A stretch of 64,000 nucleotides of DNA from Octopus vulgaris (lineage: Eukaryota). Below the pieces are notes generated by a model. The model searched no databases and was not told the origin of the DNA. It saw only the letters and a program-made list of their open reading frames with translations. A program made the translations under genes and the position numbers. The stretch spans positions 21,886,001 through 21,950,000 of the forward strand of contig OX597833.1 in assembly GCA_951406725.2 (NCBI GenBank). Direction: 5' to 3'. This document shows positions 28,205 through 43,041 of the stretch, one piece after another (position 1 is the stretch's first letter; the number at the start of each line of letters is the position of its first letter).

Positions 28205-28855
28205 GTATATGTATGTCTGTATGTATGTATGTATGTATGTATGTATGTATGTATGTATGTATGTATGTATGTATGTATGTATGTGTGTGTGTATGTATGT
28301 ATGTGTGTATGTATTCGTGTGTATGTGTGCGTCTGTATGTATGCGTGTGTATGCGTGTGTATGCGTGTGTATGTGTGTATATGTATGTATGTATGTGTGT
28401 ATGTCTGTCTGTGTGTGTGTATGTATGTATGTATGGTGTATGTATGTATGTATGGTGTGTGTATGTATGTATGTATGTATGTATGTATGTATGTATGTGT
28501 GCGTGTATGTGTGCGTCTGTATGTATGTATGTATGCGTGTGTATGTGTGTATATGTATGTATGTGTGTATGTCTGTCTGCATGTATGTGTGTGTATGTAT
28601 GTATGCGTGTGTGTATGTATGTATGCGTGTATGTATGTGTATATATATATTATGCAATGTATGTATGTGTGTGCATGTATGTACATACATATGTATGTAA
28701 TTTAAGTATGTAGGCATGTATATCATATATATTATATATCTTATGCATACATAATAAACACATATGTACATACACACACACACACATATATAGCATATAT
28801 AGTATATATATATATAGCATATATATCTTATTTTGTGTATTGTATAGTATGTGTA

Positions 28856-28901
<46 letters not shown>

Positions 28902-28950
28902 CATACATATATATATACATATATACATACAAACACACATATATATATAT
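28205..28950. repeat. Compound (TATG)n/(TG)n/(TA)n; similar tracts at 1-135, 13845-14430, 24305-24590
   Basis: Read directly from the sequence. Confidence 0.95.
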
Positions 28951-29160
28951 AGTTGGAATTTTCAAAAAAAAAAAACAAACAAAACAAAACAAAACACGAA
29001 GACGGGTGTGTAAACAACAAACAGATGTATTAATTTAACGCTCGGGAAGTGAGTAAGTCTTTTACGTTTCGAGCCGACGCTCTTCGACAGAAAGGAAAAA
29101 CGAGAAATAAACAGGGAGAGAAAATGAAAAAAAAAAAGGTTTAGTGGCTAGCAATCAATC
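28951..29160 (-). mobile_element. Penelope-type terminal fragment with A6U-variant hammerhead (29058-29095)
   Basis: Minus strand: CTTT-CTGTCGA-A-GAGC-gtcg-GCTC-GAAA-CG-TA-AAAG; homologous to 38382-38582 and 3249-3380; abuts (TA)n. Confidence 0.65.
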
Positions 29161-29371
29161 AGTATGCACATTATATTGTATGCCGAAGTCAACTTTGCCT
29201 TTCATCCTTTCGGGGTCGATAAATAAAGAACCAGTTTCGCACTGGGGGCGATATAATCGACTTAATCCCTTCGTCTGTCCTTGTTTGTCCCCTCTATGTT
29301 TAGCCCCTTGTGGGCAGTAAAGAAATATATATTGTATGTATATAAATATATTTGTAGTATGCATATATATA

Positions 29372-29438
<67 letters not shown>

Positions 29439-29851
29439 ATATACGTTTATAGATTAAAATAAAAAAAGAAAAAAGAAAAACATTTGGCGCCATTCGAAAA
29501 AAAAAAGAAAAAACATTTAATTTAGATCGAGAATATAAACAAACAGAGTTTCTTACAGCTGTTTCTAGCATGCGGGTCATGATATTTGAATAAAGATTCC
29601 ATTAGCTGAGTATACCGTTAACAAAAAGGGAGAAGTCAGAGAGATGTAAAATTGAAGAAATATCCACAATCGAAGATATAAGTATATCCAGTTTGTGAAA
29701 AAATGGGAGAAGGATCCGACTAAAATAGGTCTACGTTACGTAGTTCCTTGATCAAATAAGTAATAAAGTTATAGGTAATGGCCATTAGCAGTTTCAAGTG
29801 AGAATGTTCGATGATAATCTATGTCAAGGAATTGTGGAAGTTACTAGCAGT

Positions 29852-30018
29852 CAGGGCTGGCCTAGCAGTATTATGGGGCCATGAACATGTCAGTTCCATG
29901 GGCCCTATAATATTTACTTAATGACAGCAAGCTACAGCTTACACAGGTCAGAATTGAACCCTAGACTCAGGAGGCCCCAGGCAATAGCTCAGTGTGTCGA
30001 TACCTTAAGACGGCACCG
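29852..30018. mobile_element. Short hAT-like MITE, decayed
   Basis: CAGGGCTGGCC ... GACGGCACCG imperfect termini; no clear TSD. Confidence 0.35.
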
Positions 30019-30119
30019 TATATACAAAAAGAGATGATGCGTACATCAAAACATATATCCACAATAATTAAGAGCCCAATTGATAACTTGTACACTCCGT
30101 ATACACACACACACATTTA

Positions 30120-30365
30120 ATAAATGCGCCCTTTTAAAGCCTAGCCAGGCTCGTGGGCCTGGTTTCCCGGTTTCTATGGCGTATGTGTTCCCCAGCTGGA
30201 CGGGACGCCAGTCCATCGCAGCGTTACTCATTTTTGCCAGCTGAGTGGACTGGAGCAACGTGAAATGAAGTGTTTTGCTCAAGAACACAACGCGTCGCCC
30301 GGTTCAGGAATCGAAACCACAATCTTACGATCATGGTGCTGACACCCTAACCACGCGCCTCCACA
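30120..30365 (-). mobile_element. SINE-C with tail type 2; also 47490-47742(+), 47845-48075(-)
   Basis: Same head, tail CTGCGATGGACTGGCGTCCCGTCCAGCTGGGGAAC. Confidence 0.8.
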
Positions 30366-31247
30366 CACACACACACATCAACAACATTATATGATTAACA
30401 TAGCCCGTAATATTCTTGATGATTTTGGATAACCATTGCTTTAAATAAATCTAATAGTAATTAATATATCAGTTATGAATTAATTACGTAATCATGGCAT
30501 TAATGATGTTTATTCTTAATGAAACAGCTGTTGAACACTATCAAATTTTGAACTAACTGCGAAATGTCTGCTGTTAAGCATATATCTGATATAAATACAT
30601 GTATGTGTATGTGTACACACACACACACAATCTTTCAATTGGCAATAATTTACAAACTTACAAATGAGACATAAAAGCCTAGTTTTGCGCATAGCACATT
30701 CCACACTTGTGGACCTTATGAAGCCAGATAAGTGTTACACACGAAACTCCGAGCCTTTGAGTCTCTTTTGAAACTTTCTAATGATTAACAAATTAAAATA
30801 AGTGCGTATACACACACACATACACACACATTTTTTGCTATATATTAAATAATATTCACGTGATATATTATATACGCTTGATAGCTTTTAAAGATGTGAT
30901 GGCTGTGATTAGCTTTACTTCGTTACTGCGGAAACAAGCTGACTCATGTTACGTTGTGGTTTACATCACGCTGGGAAGAAGAATCCGGATTACGTCATAT
31001 CGTTTCACGTAGAAGCGAGAGTTTAAAGGAAATGGCAGTTTGATTAAAATTATGAAATAAAATTAAAGAATAATGCGTGTAAAATTTAAAATTAAAATAG
31101 ATTGCCGAAATGTTGATTCTCAATACAAGCGGGTAAATGGCGCATTTATGACTTAAATTGCTGTTGCTGTTTGTGAATAAGGAATTGTTTACGGAAAAGT
31201 GCAGTAAAAATGAAACCGGCTTCTGTGCGGTGGTGGTAGTTGGGGGG

Positions 31248-32430
<1,183 letters not shown>

Positions 32431-32927
32431 AAACGAAAAAAAAAAAGATACATACATTATGTACATAAATGCATACGTACATACATACATATATACATAC
32501 GTATGTATGTATGTACGTACATACATACGAAGCAGTATGGAAGGGAGGCAACTTCTGACGTAAGTTGCAATAAAAATTGCTTCCCCGTCTGAAGACCGAA
32601 AAAAAGAATTTTTTTTACTTTATATAAATATACATACTCTTTTACTTGTTTCAATCATTTGACTGCGGCCACGCTGGAGCACCACATTGAAGGGTTTTAG
32701 CCGAATAAATCTGTCCCAGGACTTATTATTTATTTTAAAGCCTAGTGCTTATTTTATCGGTCATCTTTTACCGAACCACTAAGTTACGGGGGAGATAAAC
32801 ATACCAACACCGGTTGTTAAATGGCGATGTGGGGGACAAACACGGACTCAAAGACATACACGTACACGCACATACAGATGATGATGGTGATGGTGGTGGT
32901 GGTATTGATAATGTTGAAACAGATTAG

Positions 32928-33186
32928 AAAATGTTGTGACATCAGCATTTATATAAGAGACCAAGAGACAGACAAAGGAATAGGTAGGTAGGCAGAGAGA
33001 GAGAGAGAGAGATAGATTGGTAGGTAGAGAGAGAGAGAGGGGTAGGTAGGTAGAGAAGAGAGAAAGAGAGAGAGAGAGAGTATTAAGAGACAGCAAGATA
33101 GAAAGCTTAGAGACAGGAAATTTTGTGATATCAGCATTTATATAAGAGAGACCAAGAGTTAGACAAAGGAATAGATAGGTAGGTAG

Positions 33187-33224
<38 letters not shown>

Positions 33225-33420
33225 GGAGAGGGAGAGAGAGAGATAGATATGTAGGTAGAGAGAGAGAGAGGTAGGTAGGTAGGTAGGTAGAGAGAGAGAG
33301 AGAGAGAGAGGTAGGTAGAGAAGAGAAAGAGAGAAAGTATTAAGAGACAGCAAGATAGAAAGCCTGAGAGACAGACAAATTTTGTGATGTCAGCATTTAT
33401 AAAAGAGAGAAAGAGAGTGA
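32928..33420. repeat. Degenerate tandem triplication
   Basis: TTGTGA..TCAGCATTTATA at about 32934, 33123, 33382 with AG-rich spacers. Confidence 0.8.
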
Positions 33421-34267
33421 AACAGATAGGCGGAGAGAGAGAGAGAGGGGGGGAAACAGACGGACAGACAAACAAACAATTGTTTCTCTTTTGAAATGTC
33501 AATTGTTTACTGACTGAATAAATAGCACAGAAACTGTTGTCTGTTGATTTCAGTCATTTTGTCATAGAGCAGGTTTCTTTCTCGATGTGTGTGTGTGTGT
33601 GTGTGTGTTATTAAAAGTACAGAAATACCCCTACCCATCTAGTGATCCACCCACCTACCTACTTGTCTACCCCCATCTCCCCACTCTCCAAGGGAAAATG
33701 ATTCTCTAAACATAGAGATTAAAATCATGGCACAAGGCCAGCAATTTTGGGGCGGTGGAGGGGGGAGTCAATTACATCGACCCCACCACTGCTCAACTGG
33801 TACTTATTTTATCAACCCCTAAAGGATGAAAGGTAAAGTCAACCTCAGCAGAATTTGAACTCCGAATGCGCAGACATGAAATTTTGCCTGGCATACTAAC
33901 AATTCTGCCAGTTTGCCATCACTCACTGAACTGTGGCCATGCTGGGGCACCAACTTGAAGGGGATTACTCAAACAAATCGATCCCTCCACTCCAATACTT
34001 ATTTTTAAAGTTCTGTACTTATTCTAACAGTCTCTTTTGCTGAACCGCTAAGTTACAGCATGGAAGCTGATCATGTGCGTGCGTGTGTGTGTATGAGACT
34101 TTATGTTTGTGTTTGTCTCCCACTACCACTTGATAATAGGTGATGGTTTGTTTCTGTTCCCATAACTTAGCAGTTGCCCCAGCATGATCACAGTCCAATG
34201 ACTGAAACAAATACAAAGTAAAAGATATACTGATATATTGAAACTGGTGACATCATTTTAATTGATA

Positions 34268-34312
34268 CAACAACGCTTCAGCTATTCTACCCTTTGGACA
34301 TCTTCAGGTTCT
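34268..34312 (-). ncRNA. Decayed hammerhead related to the 56511 copy
   Basis: Minus strand: AAC-CTGAAGA-...agggtagaa...-GAAG-CG-TT-GTT; GAAA mutated and stem II broken. Confidence 0.35.
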
Positions 34313-34369
34313 TGTCATATTTGGTAACATTCTTAGAATTTCAAACCAAACCCTTTATTACATCCACAA

Positions 34370-35032
34370 CAGTAACATAAAAGACCCCCTTTGGTCATAA
34401 ATGGTCATGGGATTGCACCTAGAAAGTTTCCCTCTGAGGCAAAAGTCCGGGCAAGGTTGATTATGGAAGACCACCAGCCGCCCATGCATACAAGTCTCCC
34501 TTCTCCACACCATTATATGTATATAGGGTAAAGAGTAAAGACCCCCTTTGGTCATGAACGACCAGGGGATTGCACAAAGAAATTTCCTCTCTGAGGTACA
34601 AGTCCAGGCAAGGTTGATTATGGCAGACCATCAGTCGCCCATGCATACCAGCTCCTCCTCTCCATGCCATTATATGTACATAAGGAAAAGGAGTAAAGAC
34701 ATCCTATGGTCATGAATGACCATGGGATTGCACCAAAAAAGTTCCCCTCTGAGGCACAAGTCCAGGCAAGGTTGATTATGGAAGACCAGTAGTCGCCCAG
34801 GCATACCAGCCTCCTCTCTCCACACCACCAGTGTTATCCAAGGGAAAGGCAAAGGCTGATACAGCTTGGCACCAGTGATGTTGCAACTCATTTCCACAGT
34901 TGAGTAAACTGGAGCAACTTGAAGTAAAGTGTCCTGTTTAAAGACACAACACACAGCCAGGTCCGGGGACTGAACTCACTACCTCATGATTGTGAGCTCA
35001 ATGCTCCAACCAGTGAGCCATGGGCCTTCACT
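34370..35032 (-). mobile_element. SINE-C with tail type 3, 3' unit (about 158 bp) triplicated; + copy at 26446-26938
   Basis: CAAGGTTGATTATGG.AGACCA recurs near 34452, 34609 and 34767; head at the right end. Confidence 0.8.
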
Positions 35033-35409
35033 ATATTCACAACAGTATATTGAGCTTAATTCCATTGTCCTATATCAGAGATACCCTTCTTCTTGGAATC
35101 TTGCCTGAATCAGAGTACCATATTAGCTGTTGTGTAAGACGTACTTAAAATTTGTAATGTATCAATAAATTGTCTTGTGTCTAATATGGCTGTATTGCAG
35201 ATGGGAGACTGAGTGTTGTAGGAGAGGGTGCAGGATAACATAAGTCCCCTAGGCACAATAATTGTTACGAATAATAATAAAATACTGAAAACAAGCTACA
35301 ATATCACAGTAAAATTGCTTACACTCTATGTTGGCAGTTATGGGGAGAGGTCATATCATCTCCTTATTCCTTCTTCTCCAACATACATAAGCCACATATG
35401 ATACATGGC

Positions 35410-35795
35410 TTACTCTTTTACCTGTTTCAGTCATTTGACTGCGGCCATGCTGGAGCACCGCCTTTAGTCGAGCAAATCGACCCCAGGACTTACTCTTTGT
35501 AAGCCTAGTACTTATTCTATCGGTTGCTTTTGCCGAACCGCTAAGTTATGGGGATGTAAACACACCAGCATTGGTTGTCAAGCGATGTTGGGGGACAAAC
35601 ACAGATACACACACATATATATATATACACATATACAATGGGCTTCTTTCAATTTCTGTCTACCAAATCCACTCACAAGGCTTTGGTCAGCCCGAGGCTA
35701 TAGTAGAAGACACTTGCCCAAGGTGCCACGCAGTGGGACTGAACCCGGAACCATGTGGCTGGTAAGCAAGCTACTTACCACACAGCTACTCCTGC
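35410..35795 (-). mobile_element. SINE-A
   Basis: Full-length reverse copy. Confidence 0.88.
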
Positions 35796-36664
35796 TTACA
35801 TTATTTAATGCTTGCATTATCTTTAAGAAACATTTTTTCTTGATTATTCAAAGGAAAATTCTACTAGAAAAATGAAAGGAATGTTAAATTTCCATCTGCC
35901 TAGTAGCTATTAGCAATAAGTAGATGACAACAAAACCACAGCCATAGCAAATCACCCTGATGTCCAATCGCAGTACAACGAAACAACATCACAGCCAAAA
36001 TTACAAGTTTTACATCCTGTATGGCAAATCTTTTGACCAAGATATAAACAGCTATAAAACTGATCAGAAAGGAAATGAAACAGAAATATGATCCTCGTAT
36101 AATGTAGTTTATAAATAATGAATTTAATGTTTCATACTTTCTTCCATTATACTGTTACAGAATTGTATTTACTTGTACAGATTCATAGAATTCCCAGACA
36201 AATCCACTTTGAAATATCTTTCAGTAAGTAAATGATGAAACATACTAAATTTGTTTTGATACAAAATATTCTTGTAGAAGAGGAGTGCATCATATGCAAG
36301 GGTGCATCTTATACACCGGCATACTAAACTTGCTTTTTACACAAAAATCCTTGAGAAACAGGAGTAAGTTATATGCAAGGGTGTCTCTTATACACCAGCA
36401 AATATGATACATATTGTTTGACTGACTTAATCAAATGACAGGTGCCCAAAGAAGACAGTGGGGTACTTTGGCCAAAACATAGAGACAGAGGATACCAGTT
36501 TGACTATGTCAGTTGGTATAATAAAGCAATTATAAAGTTGGCCCATTTTCATTATTGCTGGGTGTGTTACATTAATAATACACAATGAAGTCCAGGTGAA
36601 CCATCAATGGTCCATATCAAATTTTTTTTAAGGCTCTACCTCTTTCACAGGTTCCCTCCCTAAC

Positions 36665-37105
36665 TGTGGAGAGAACCTGTGAAAGAGGTAGACCCAGGAA
36701 GACATGGGATGAGGTGGTGAAGCATGATCTTCAAAGTTTGAGCCTCACAGAGGCAATGACAAGTGACTGAGACCTTTGGTGATCTACCATGGTGACATAC
36801 CATGCCAAGAGAAATCAAAGTCGTAGCCATTGCTGGTGTCATATAAACAGCATCTGTGAAATCATAATTGTGGTCATTTCCATGTACCATGATCTTCAAA
36901 TGTTGGGCCTCATGGAGGTAATGAGACCATGGCAATATGCTGCGCTTGAGAAGACTCATCAAGCCAAGTGAAACTGCAGGGGTTGTCAGTGTCATGTAAA
37001 TGGCACCTGTGCCCATTACCCTTTTGGAGTGGTTGGCATTAGGAAGGGCATCCAGCCATAGAAACCAAGTCAAATCAGACTGGAGTCTGGTACAGCACCC
37101 CAGTA
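36665..37105 (+). mobile_element. RTE-clade LINE 3' end
   Basis: RGRPRKTWDEVVKHDLQSLSLTEAMTSD*DLW followed by the 3' UTR motif GTTGGCATTAGGAAGGGCATCCAGC. Confidence 0.8.
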
Positions 37106-37138
37106 CCAGGTTTAAAATATCTGGATTCAAGTAATCCA

Positions 37139-37216
<78 letters not shown>

Positions 37217-38111
37217 GAGGGTACATGACCTAGTGGTTAGGCTGTTGTACTCATGATTCTGAGATTGCAGTTTCAATTCCTGGCTTGGGGGTAAGTTGTA
37301 TTTTTGAGCAAAAACACGCCATCTCACATTGCTCTACAATCATTTAGACACCTGATGTGTTTTACACCATGCACCTGTTCAGGTAACATTGATCTGATAA
37401 AGGAACACACCTATGATCACTAAAAGCAAATCATTTGTGCAGATCGTTCAGTAAGAAATTACAGAATTGTCTTTTTTACATTGTGGGGGACTACCATCCA
37501 TTCACACACACACACACACACAAAAATCCAAATTTAGGGAATGGAGTAGGTTAACCCCAGGCTACATATGTTTCCAAGCTAGCAAGAGCCTTGGAAGTCG
37601 TAATTACACAATTCTTATTCGCATGCGCAGCAACCTAACCAAGAACTATAAAGTAACATTTTTCAGCTTATCAAACTTCGATATGGGAAAATTTTACAAC
37701 CTTCTATGGACTGTGCGAAGGTTACTAACTTTCTACACTTAGATCCTTGGATCTTACCTTTACATATATGTGTATACATATGTGTACACACACACACATT
37801 TTTATTACTATTTAGCAAAAACAACAGAGTGATGCAAGATCCAAGTCTATCATGCATTTTGATAAGTGCCAATGCATGAAGCTCTCGGACTTTGAGTCAC
37901 TCTGTTGCTTCTGCTAAATATTGATAAAAAATATAGATATACTCATATTTTGGGTTCTATTTTTCCTGTTTGCACCAACATACTTATGTGTAGGCTTGAA
38001 ACATAAAAGACATTTCCATTCTACCTGACTGTTAAACTAATACACATGCTTGTTATTTCTACACCTGCTTCATCTTTTGTTTTCTGTAAATTTGAACTAT
38101 ATATATATATA

Positions 38112-38168
38112 AATAAAAGAAAGTAAAAGAATATATATATAAATATATATATATAAAAGAAAGTAAAA

Positions 38169-38213
<45 letters not shown>

Positions 38214-38246
38214 CATATATACATATATATAAAAGAAAGTAAAAGA

Positions 38247-38281
<35 letters not shown>

Positions 38282-38302
38282 AAAGAAAGTAAAAGAATAT
38301 AT

Positions 38303-38346
<44 letters not shown>

Positions 38347-38381
38347 TATAAAAGAAAGTAAAAGAATATATATATATATAT
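38112..38381. repeat. Minisatellite of AAAAGAAAGTAAAAGAA separated by (TA)n, 5 units
   Basis: Motif at about 38115, 38155, 38230, 38281, 38350. Confidence 0.9.
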
Positions 38382-38579
38382 AATGGGAAGGTTTACGAAA
38401 ATAATCAAAAGACGAAGGCAGGTGGAGTACAAACAATGTATTAGTATGGCGCTCAGGAATAGAAATAAAACAAGTCTTTTACGTTTCGAACCTACGCTCT
38501 TCGACACAAAGATACACAGAAAAGAAACAAGGAGAGAAAAAAATTGCGTGTAGGGGCTAACGATCCAACTTGGCGTTCT

Positions 38580-38582
<3 letters not shown>
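38382..38582 (-). mobile_element. Penelope-type terminal fragment with variant hammerhead (38475-38512)
   Basis: Minus strand: TCTTT-GTGTCGA-A-GAGC-gtag-GTTC-GAAA-CG-TA-AAAGA; (TA)n on both sides. Confidence 0.65.
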
Positions 38583-38640
<58 letters not shown>

Positions 38641-39092
38641 AACTCTACCGTTGTGAGACAACGTATGAGGGTTCAACAAATTCTTACTGAACAACCACAC
38701 AGATGATTTGTTTACAGTGATCAAGTGTTTGTGTAGACACAAACTCACTCCCTTCATCAAATCGACATTACCTGCACAGGTGCAACTGGGTACCACATGT
38801 TAGATGTTGAAATGATCGCAGAGTAATGTGAAATGAAGTGCTTTGCTCAAGAACACAATGCAATGCCTGGTCTGGGAATCGAACCCACGATCTCGCAATT
38901 GTGCGTGCAACACCCTAACCACTGAGCCATGCACCTTCACACAAACATATACATACATATATAAGATTAATCAGCCGAAATTGCTAGGAGGATCCGGCTC
39001 TTGACTGAAGATTGAAGGCTTCGAATGTCCCGTCCGTGTTTTTTGTATCGTCTTCTAAATGTTTTACGTTCTTGTCCCAGTTTGTATTTTTC

Positions 39093-39128
<36 letters not shown>

Positions 39129-39845
39129 GGTGGCCTTCTTTCTTTTAGTTTCTGCCAACCATATCCACTCACAAGGATTTCATCACCTCTAGGCTACAGT
39201 AAAAGACATTTTGTCCAAGGTGCCATGTAGTGAGACTGAACCTGGGACCATCTGTTTGGGAAGCAAACTTCTTACCACACAGCCACGTCTGCACCTGTGT
39301 TTATATAGTGTACACACACTGAAATACCACAACACAGAAGGCCTAACAGATACAATAGATACGTTTTAAATATTTACTACAAAAATAGTCAATCAGAAGA
39401 TTTTTCTTTGTATCAAGTTTGGCAAATTCCCAGAACTTATGTTTAGAATTTGCTTGTTTAGCATAAATGATTATATGTTAGTAAAATGGAAAAAGGAAAA
39501 AAAAAGTGTGTGTATATATATATATCTAAATAAATAAAAACTTTTTATCACACACATATGCCATGGCCCGGTGGGGCTGGCATGGCATGGTGTGGTGTAT
39601 TCATGTTGCAACTTTGGCGTACAAGTACTATGTATATGTAATGTATATATGTATGTAGGTAGGTAGGTAGGTATGTAAGTATATGTGTATATATGCAAGT
39701 ATGTATGTACATATATATATGTATGCAAGTATATATGTAGGTATGCAAGTATATATGTAGGTATGCATACGCACAAAAGTGATAGGAATGTTTATGTAAT
39801 TACACAGTAAAACAGTGGAAATGTCAGATTTAAAAGAGGTAGGGC

Positions 39846-39889
<44 letters not shown>

Positions 39890-40334
39890 CAACAACAACA
39901 AAAACCACAACAAGAGAACATCAACAAGATAAAGGATTTCTGGTAATCTAGATTGAAGATGGAACCCAGTTAAAGACAACACAAGTTTAAAACAAAGGAG
40001 GAGGAGGAGGAGGAGGAGGATGCAGGAAGGGGGTAAGGGTAAATAACAAAACACTTGCCTACTGAATCACCCCCCCCTGTTCCACTTAAAAAGAGATATT
40101 TATATCAAACTATGAATAAAATAAGACATTAATGTAATGGGTTGAGAGTAAAGAGAAACGTACAAAGATAAAGTCGTGGTGGCGCCCGAGGGGGAGGGGG
40201 GAATTTGTGAAGAAAACAAATTATATGTATGTTGTTGTTATTCTTCAAGACTGCAGTTTTGAAATTACAAATTACACTTTTGCCATGAAAAATGACAAAA
40301 TCCAAATTTTTTTACTGTCTATTTATTTATTTAC

Positions 40335-40725
40335 TTTTTTACTTGTTTCAGTCATTTGACTGTGGCCATGCTGGAGCACCGCCTTTAGTCGAGCAAATCG
40401 ACCCCAGAGCTTATTCCTTGTAAGCCCAGTACTTATTCTATCGGTCTCTTTTGCCGAACCGCTAAGTAACAGGGACGTAAACACATCAACATCGGTTGTC
40501 AAGCGATGTTGGGGGGGACAAACACAGACACACATACATATATATATATATGCATACATACGACGAGCTTCTTTCAGTTTCCGTCTACCAAATCCACTCA
40601 CAAGGCTTTGGTCGGCCCAGGGCTATAGTAGAAGAGACTTGCCCAAGGTGCCATACAGTGGGACTGAACCTGGAAGCATGTGGTTGGTAAGCAAGCTACT
40701 TACCACACAGCCACTCCTATGCCTA
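40335..40725 (-). mobile_element. SINE-A; further minus copies at 41640-42010, 44250-44688, 49245-49740, 52900-53305, 55205-55560
   Basis: Reverse copies of the consensus. Confidence 0.88.
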
Positions 40726-40749
40726 TTTATTTATTTATTATTATTATTG

Positions 40750-41188
40750 TAATTGCCTTTGCACAGCGTCTAATGCTGGAGATGTACTACAGTGTTAGCT
40801 GTTCACTACCAGTGAACTAAGGTAACGCCTCTTATTTTATGAACACCTTCCAGAGTATTCAAGCAGTTCCAAGCAGTGCTGTTTTCTCCAAGCGCTGCAC
40901 CCTTATTGCAGCCCTTATTTGTTCCACGTACTTTATGAGATTTTTGCTCACTGTTCCCAGGGCTCCAACAATTATTGGTACTACAGCTACCTTTTTCATT
41001 GACCACAACTGCTTAACTTCCCAAGCTAACCTGTCATATCTCTCCACTTTTCTTTCTTCCTTATCACATACTTTGTTGTCAGCTAGGCATACTATATCTA
41101 TGATCCAGCATAGTTTGTTTTCTTTCTCAATTAAGACTACGTCTGGTTTCCTATTCTCTATTTTATAGTCACACTGAATCATAAAATC
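40750..41188 (-). mobile_element. R4/Dong-clade LINE 3' fragment inserted in (TAA)n
   Basis: DFMIQCDYKIENRKPDVVLIEK...IIDI..LAD....KEERKVERY..L..EVKQLW..KKVAVVPIIVGALG...KTALLGTA; TTA repeats on both sides. Confidence 0.9.
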
Positions 41189-41227
<39 letters not shown>

Positions 41228-42397
41228 ATTATTATTATTCAGATTCTGCTGTGGTTGACTTTGCCTTTCATCCTTTAGGATCAATAAATTAAGTACCAGT
41301 TACGTACTGGGGTCGATCTAATTAACTGGCCCCCTCCACCAAAATTTCAGGCCTTGTGCCTATAGCAGAAAGGATTATTATTTTTCTTTCCTTTTTTTTT
41401 TTTGACATTTGTTTCAACTAAGAATGAAAATAGGCTTTTCACTTATTGCATTATTTTTTAAAACTCACACAAAAATAGAAAGAAAAACAAATGTACTATT
41501 CAGTGCGTTCCCACCCATAAAAAAATGAGAATGAACAAATTAATTTGTCTGTTAAATGGAAGCCGGAAATAAAATATGGTTATTTAAAGAATATTATTCT
41601 TGCCTCTAGAAGAGATTATGTTATATGTATATATTCTTTTATTCTTTTACTTGTTTCAGTCATTTGACTGCAGCCATGCTGGAGCACCACCTTTAGTTGA
41701 ACAAATCAACCCCAGGACTTATTCATTGCAAGCCTAGTACTTATTCTATCGGTCTCTGTTGCTGAATCGCTAAGTTATGGAGACATAAACACACCAACAT
41801 TGGTTGTCAAGCAATAGTGGAGAGACAAACACAGATACACAAATACATACATAAATATATGTGTGTGTGAGTGTGTGTGTGTGTGTGTGTGTGTACATAT
41901 GACAGGCTTCTTTCAGTTTCCGCCTACCAAATCCACTCACAAGGCATTGGTCGACTCGAAGTTATAGTAGAAGACGCCCAAGGTGCCACGCAGTGGGACT
42001 GAACCCAGAACAAAGTCTCCTCAAGTACAGCAAGTTGCCCTACGATCCAAGGTAAGAATACCAGGTTGTCCTACGATCCAATGTACTTTGAATGGGCTGG
42101 GGCTGGTTATATGAAGCTGGTGTAGGATATGCCGTGGACTCACTTTATTTGTCGGGTCTTCACAGTCACAGCATATCTCCAGAGATCTCGGTCTCTCATC
42201 ATTGCCTCTGTGAGGCCCAATATTCGAAGGTCATGCTTGACCACCTCATCCCATGTCTTCCTCTACCCTGGATTCCTTCAACTGTTTGGGAGTGGCACTA
42301 TGTTTAAATACATAGGTATGTACGTACGTATGTATGTATGTATGTATGTATGTATGTATGTATGTACGTACGTACGTACATACATACATACATACAT

Positions 42398-42462
<65 letters not shown>

Positions 42463-42988
42463 ACTTAAATTTAAAATCTAAAAATTAAGGTTTAGAAAGG
42501 AGGCATTAAATGAAGCAGAAATGACTGCTGTGCTAATAAAGCTTCTAGTATTAATGGTTTAATACACACACACACACACACATAAATATACATATATATA
42601 CACACACACACATATAAATATACATATGTGTATTACTATATACATACACACACACATGCATACAAATATATGAATGCATATATTCTTGCACTATATGTCT
42701 GCCTGTAGATGTTAACACTGTGTATAAAGTTACAAGGAGATATGATGAAATGTCTTCATGGTGGAGATGAATTAATGTTAATGAGATAAACTTTTCTTCA
42801 CTCTATTAACCTCGTCTTCAGAGATGAAATATATATTTTACAACATTTCAAAATATCTGTCTCGAAGAGTCATAGAGTCATGAGCAATTATAAGATTGCT
42901 GTAGTCAGAGTCAGTAGAGAATGTACTATGACTCCAACTCCAACTGAATGTAGTAGTAGTTGTGGTGTTGGTGTTGGTGTTGGTGTTA

Positions 42989-43041
<53 letters not shown>

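Noticed and set aside
38112-38381. Repeat-spacer pattern resembling CRISPR
   Set aside because: Spacers are (TA)n, the context is eukaryotic and there are no cas genes.
38966-39095. Possible HHR in a (TA)-flanked insert
   Set aside because: CAGCCGAAA precedes CTGAAGA and I could not build consistent stems; at most a truncated PLE fragment.
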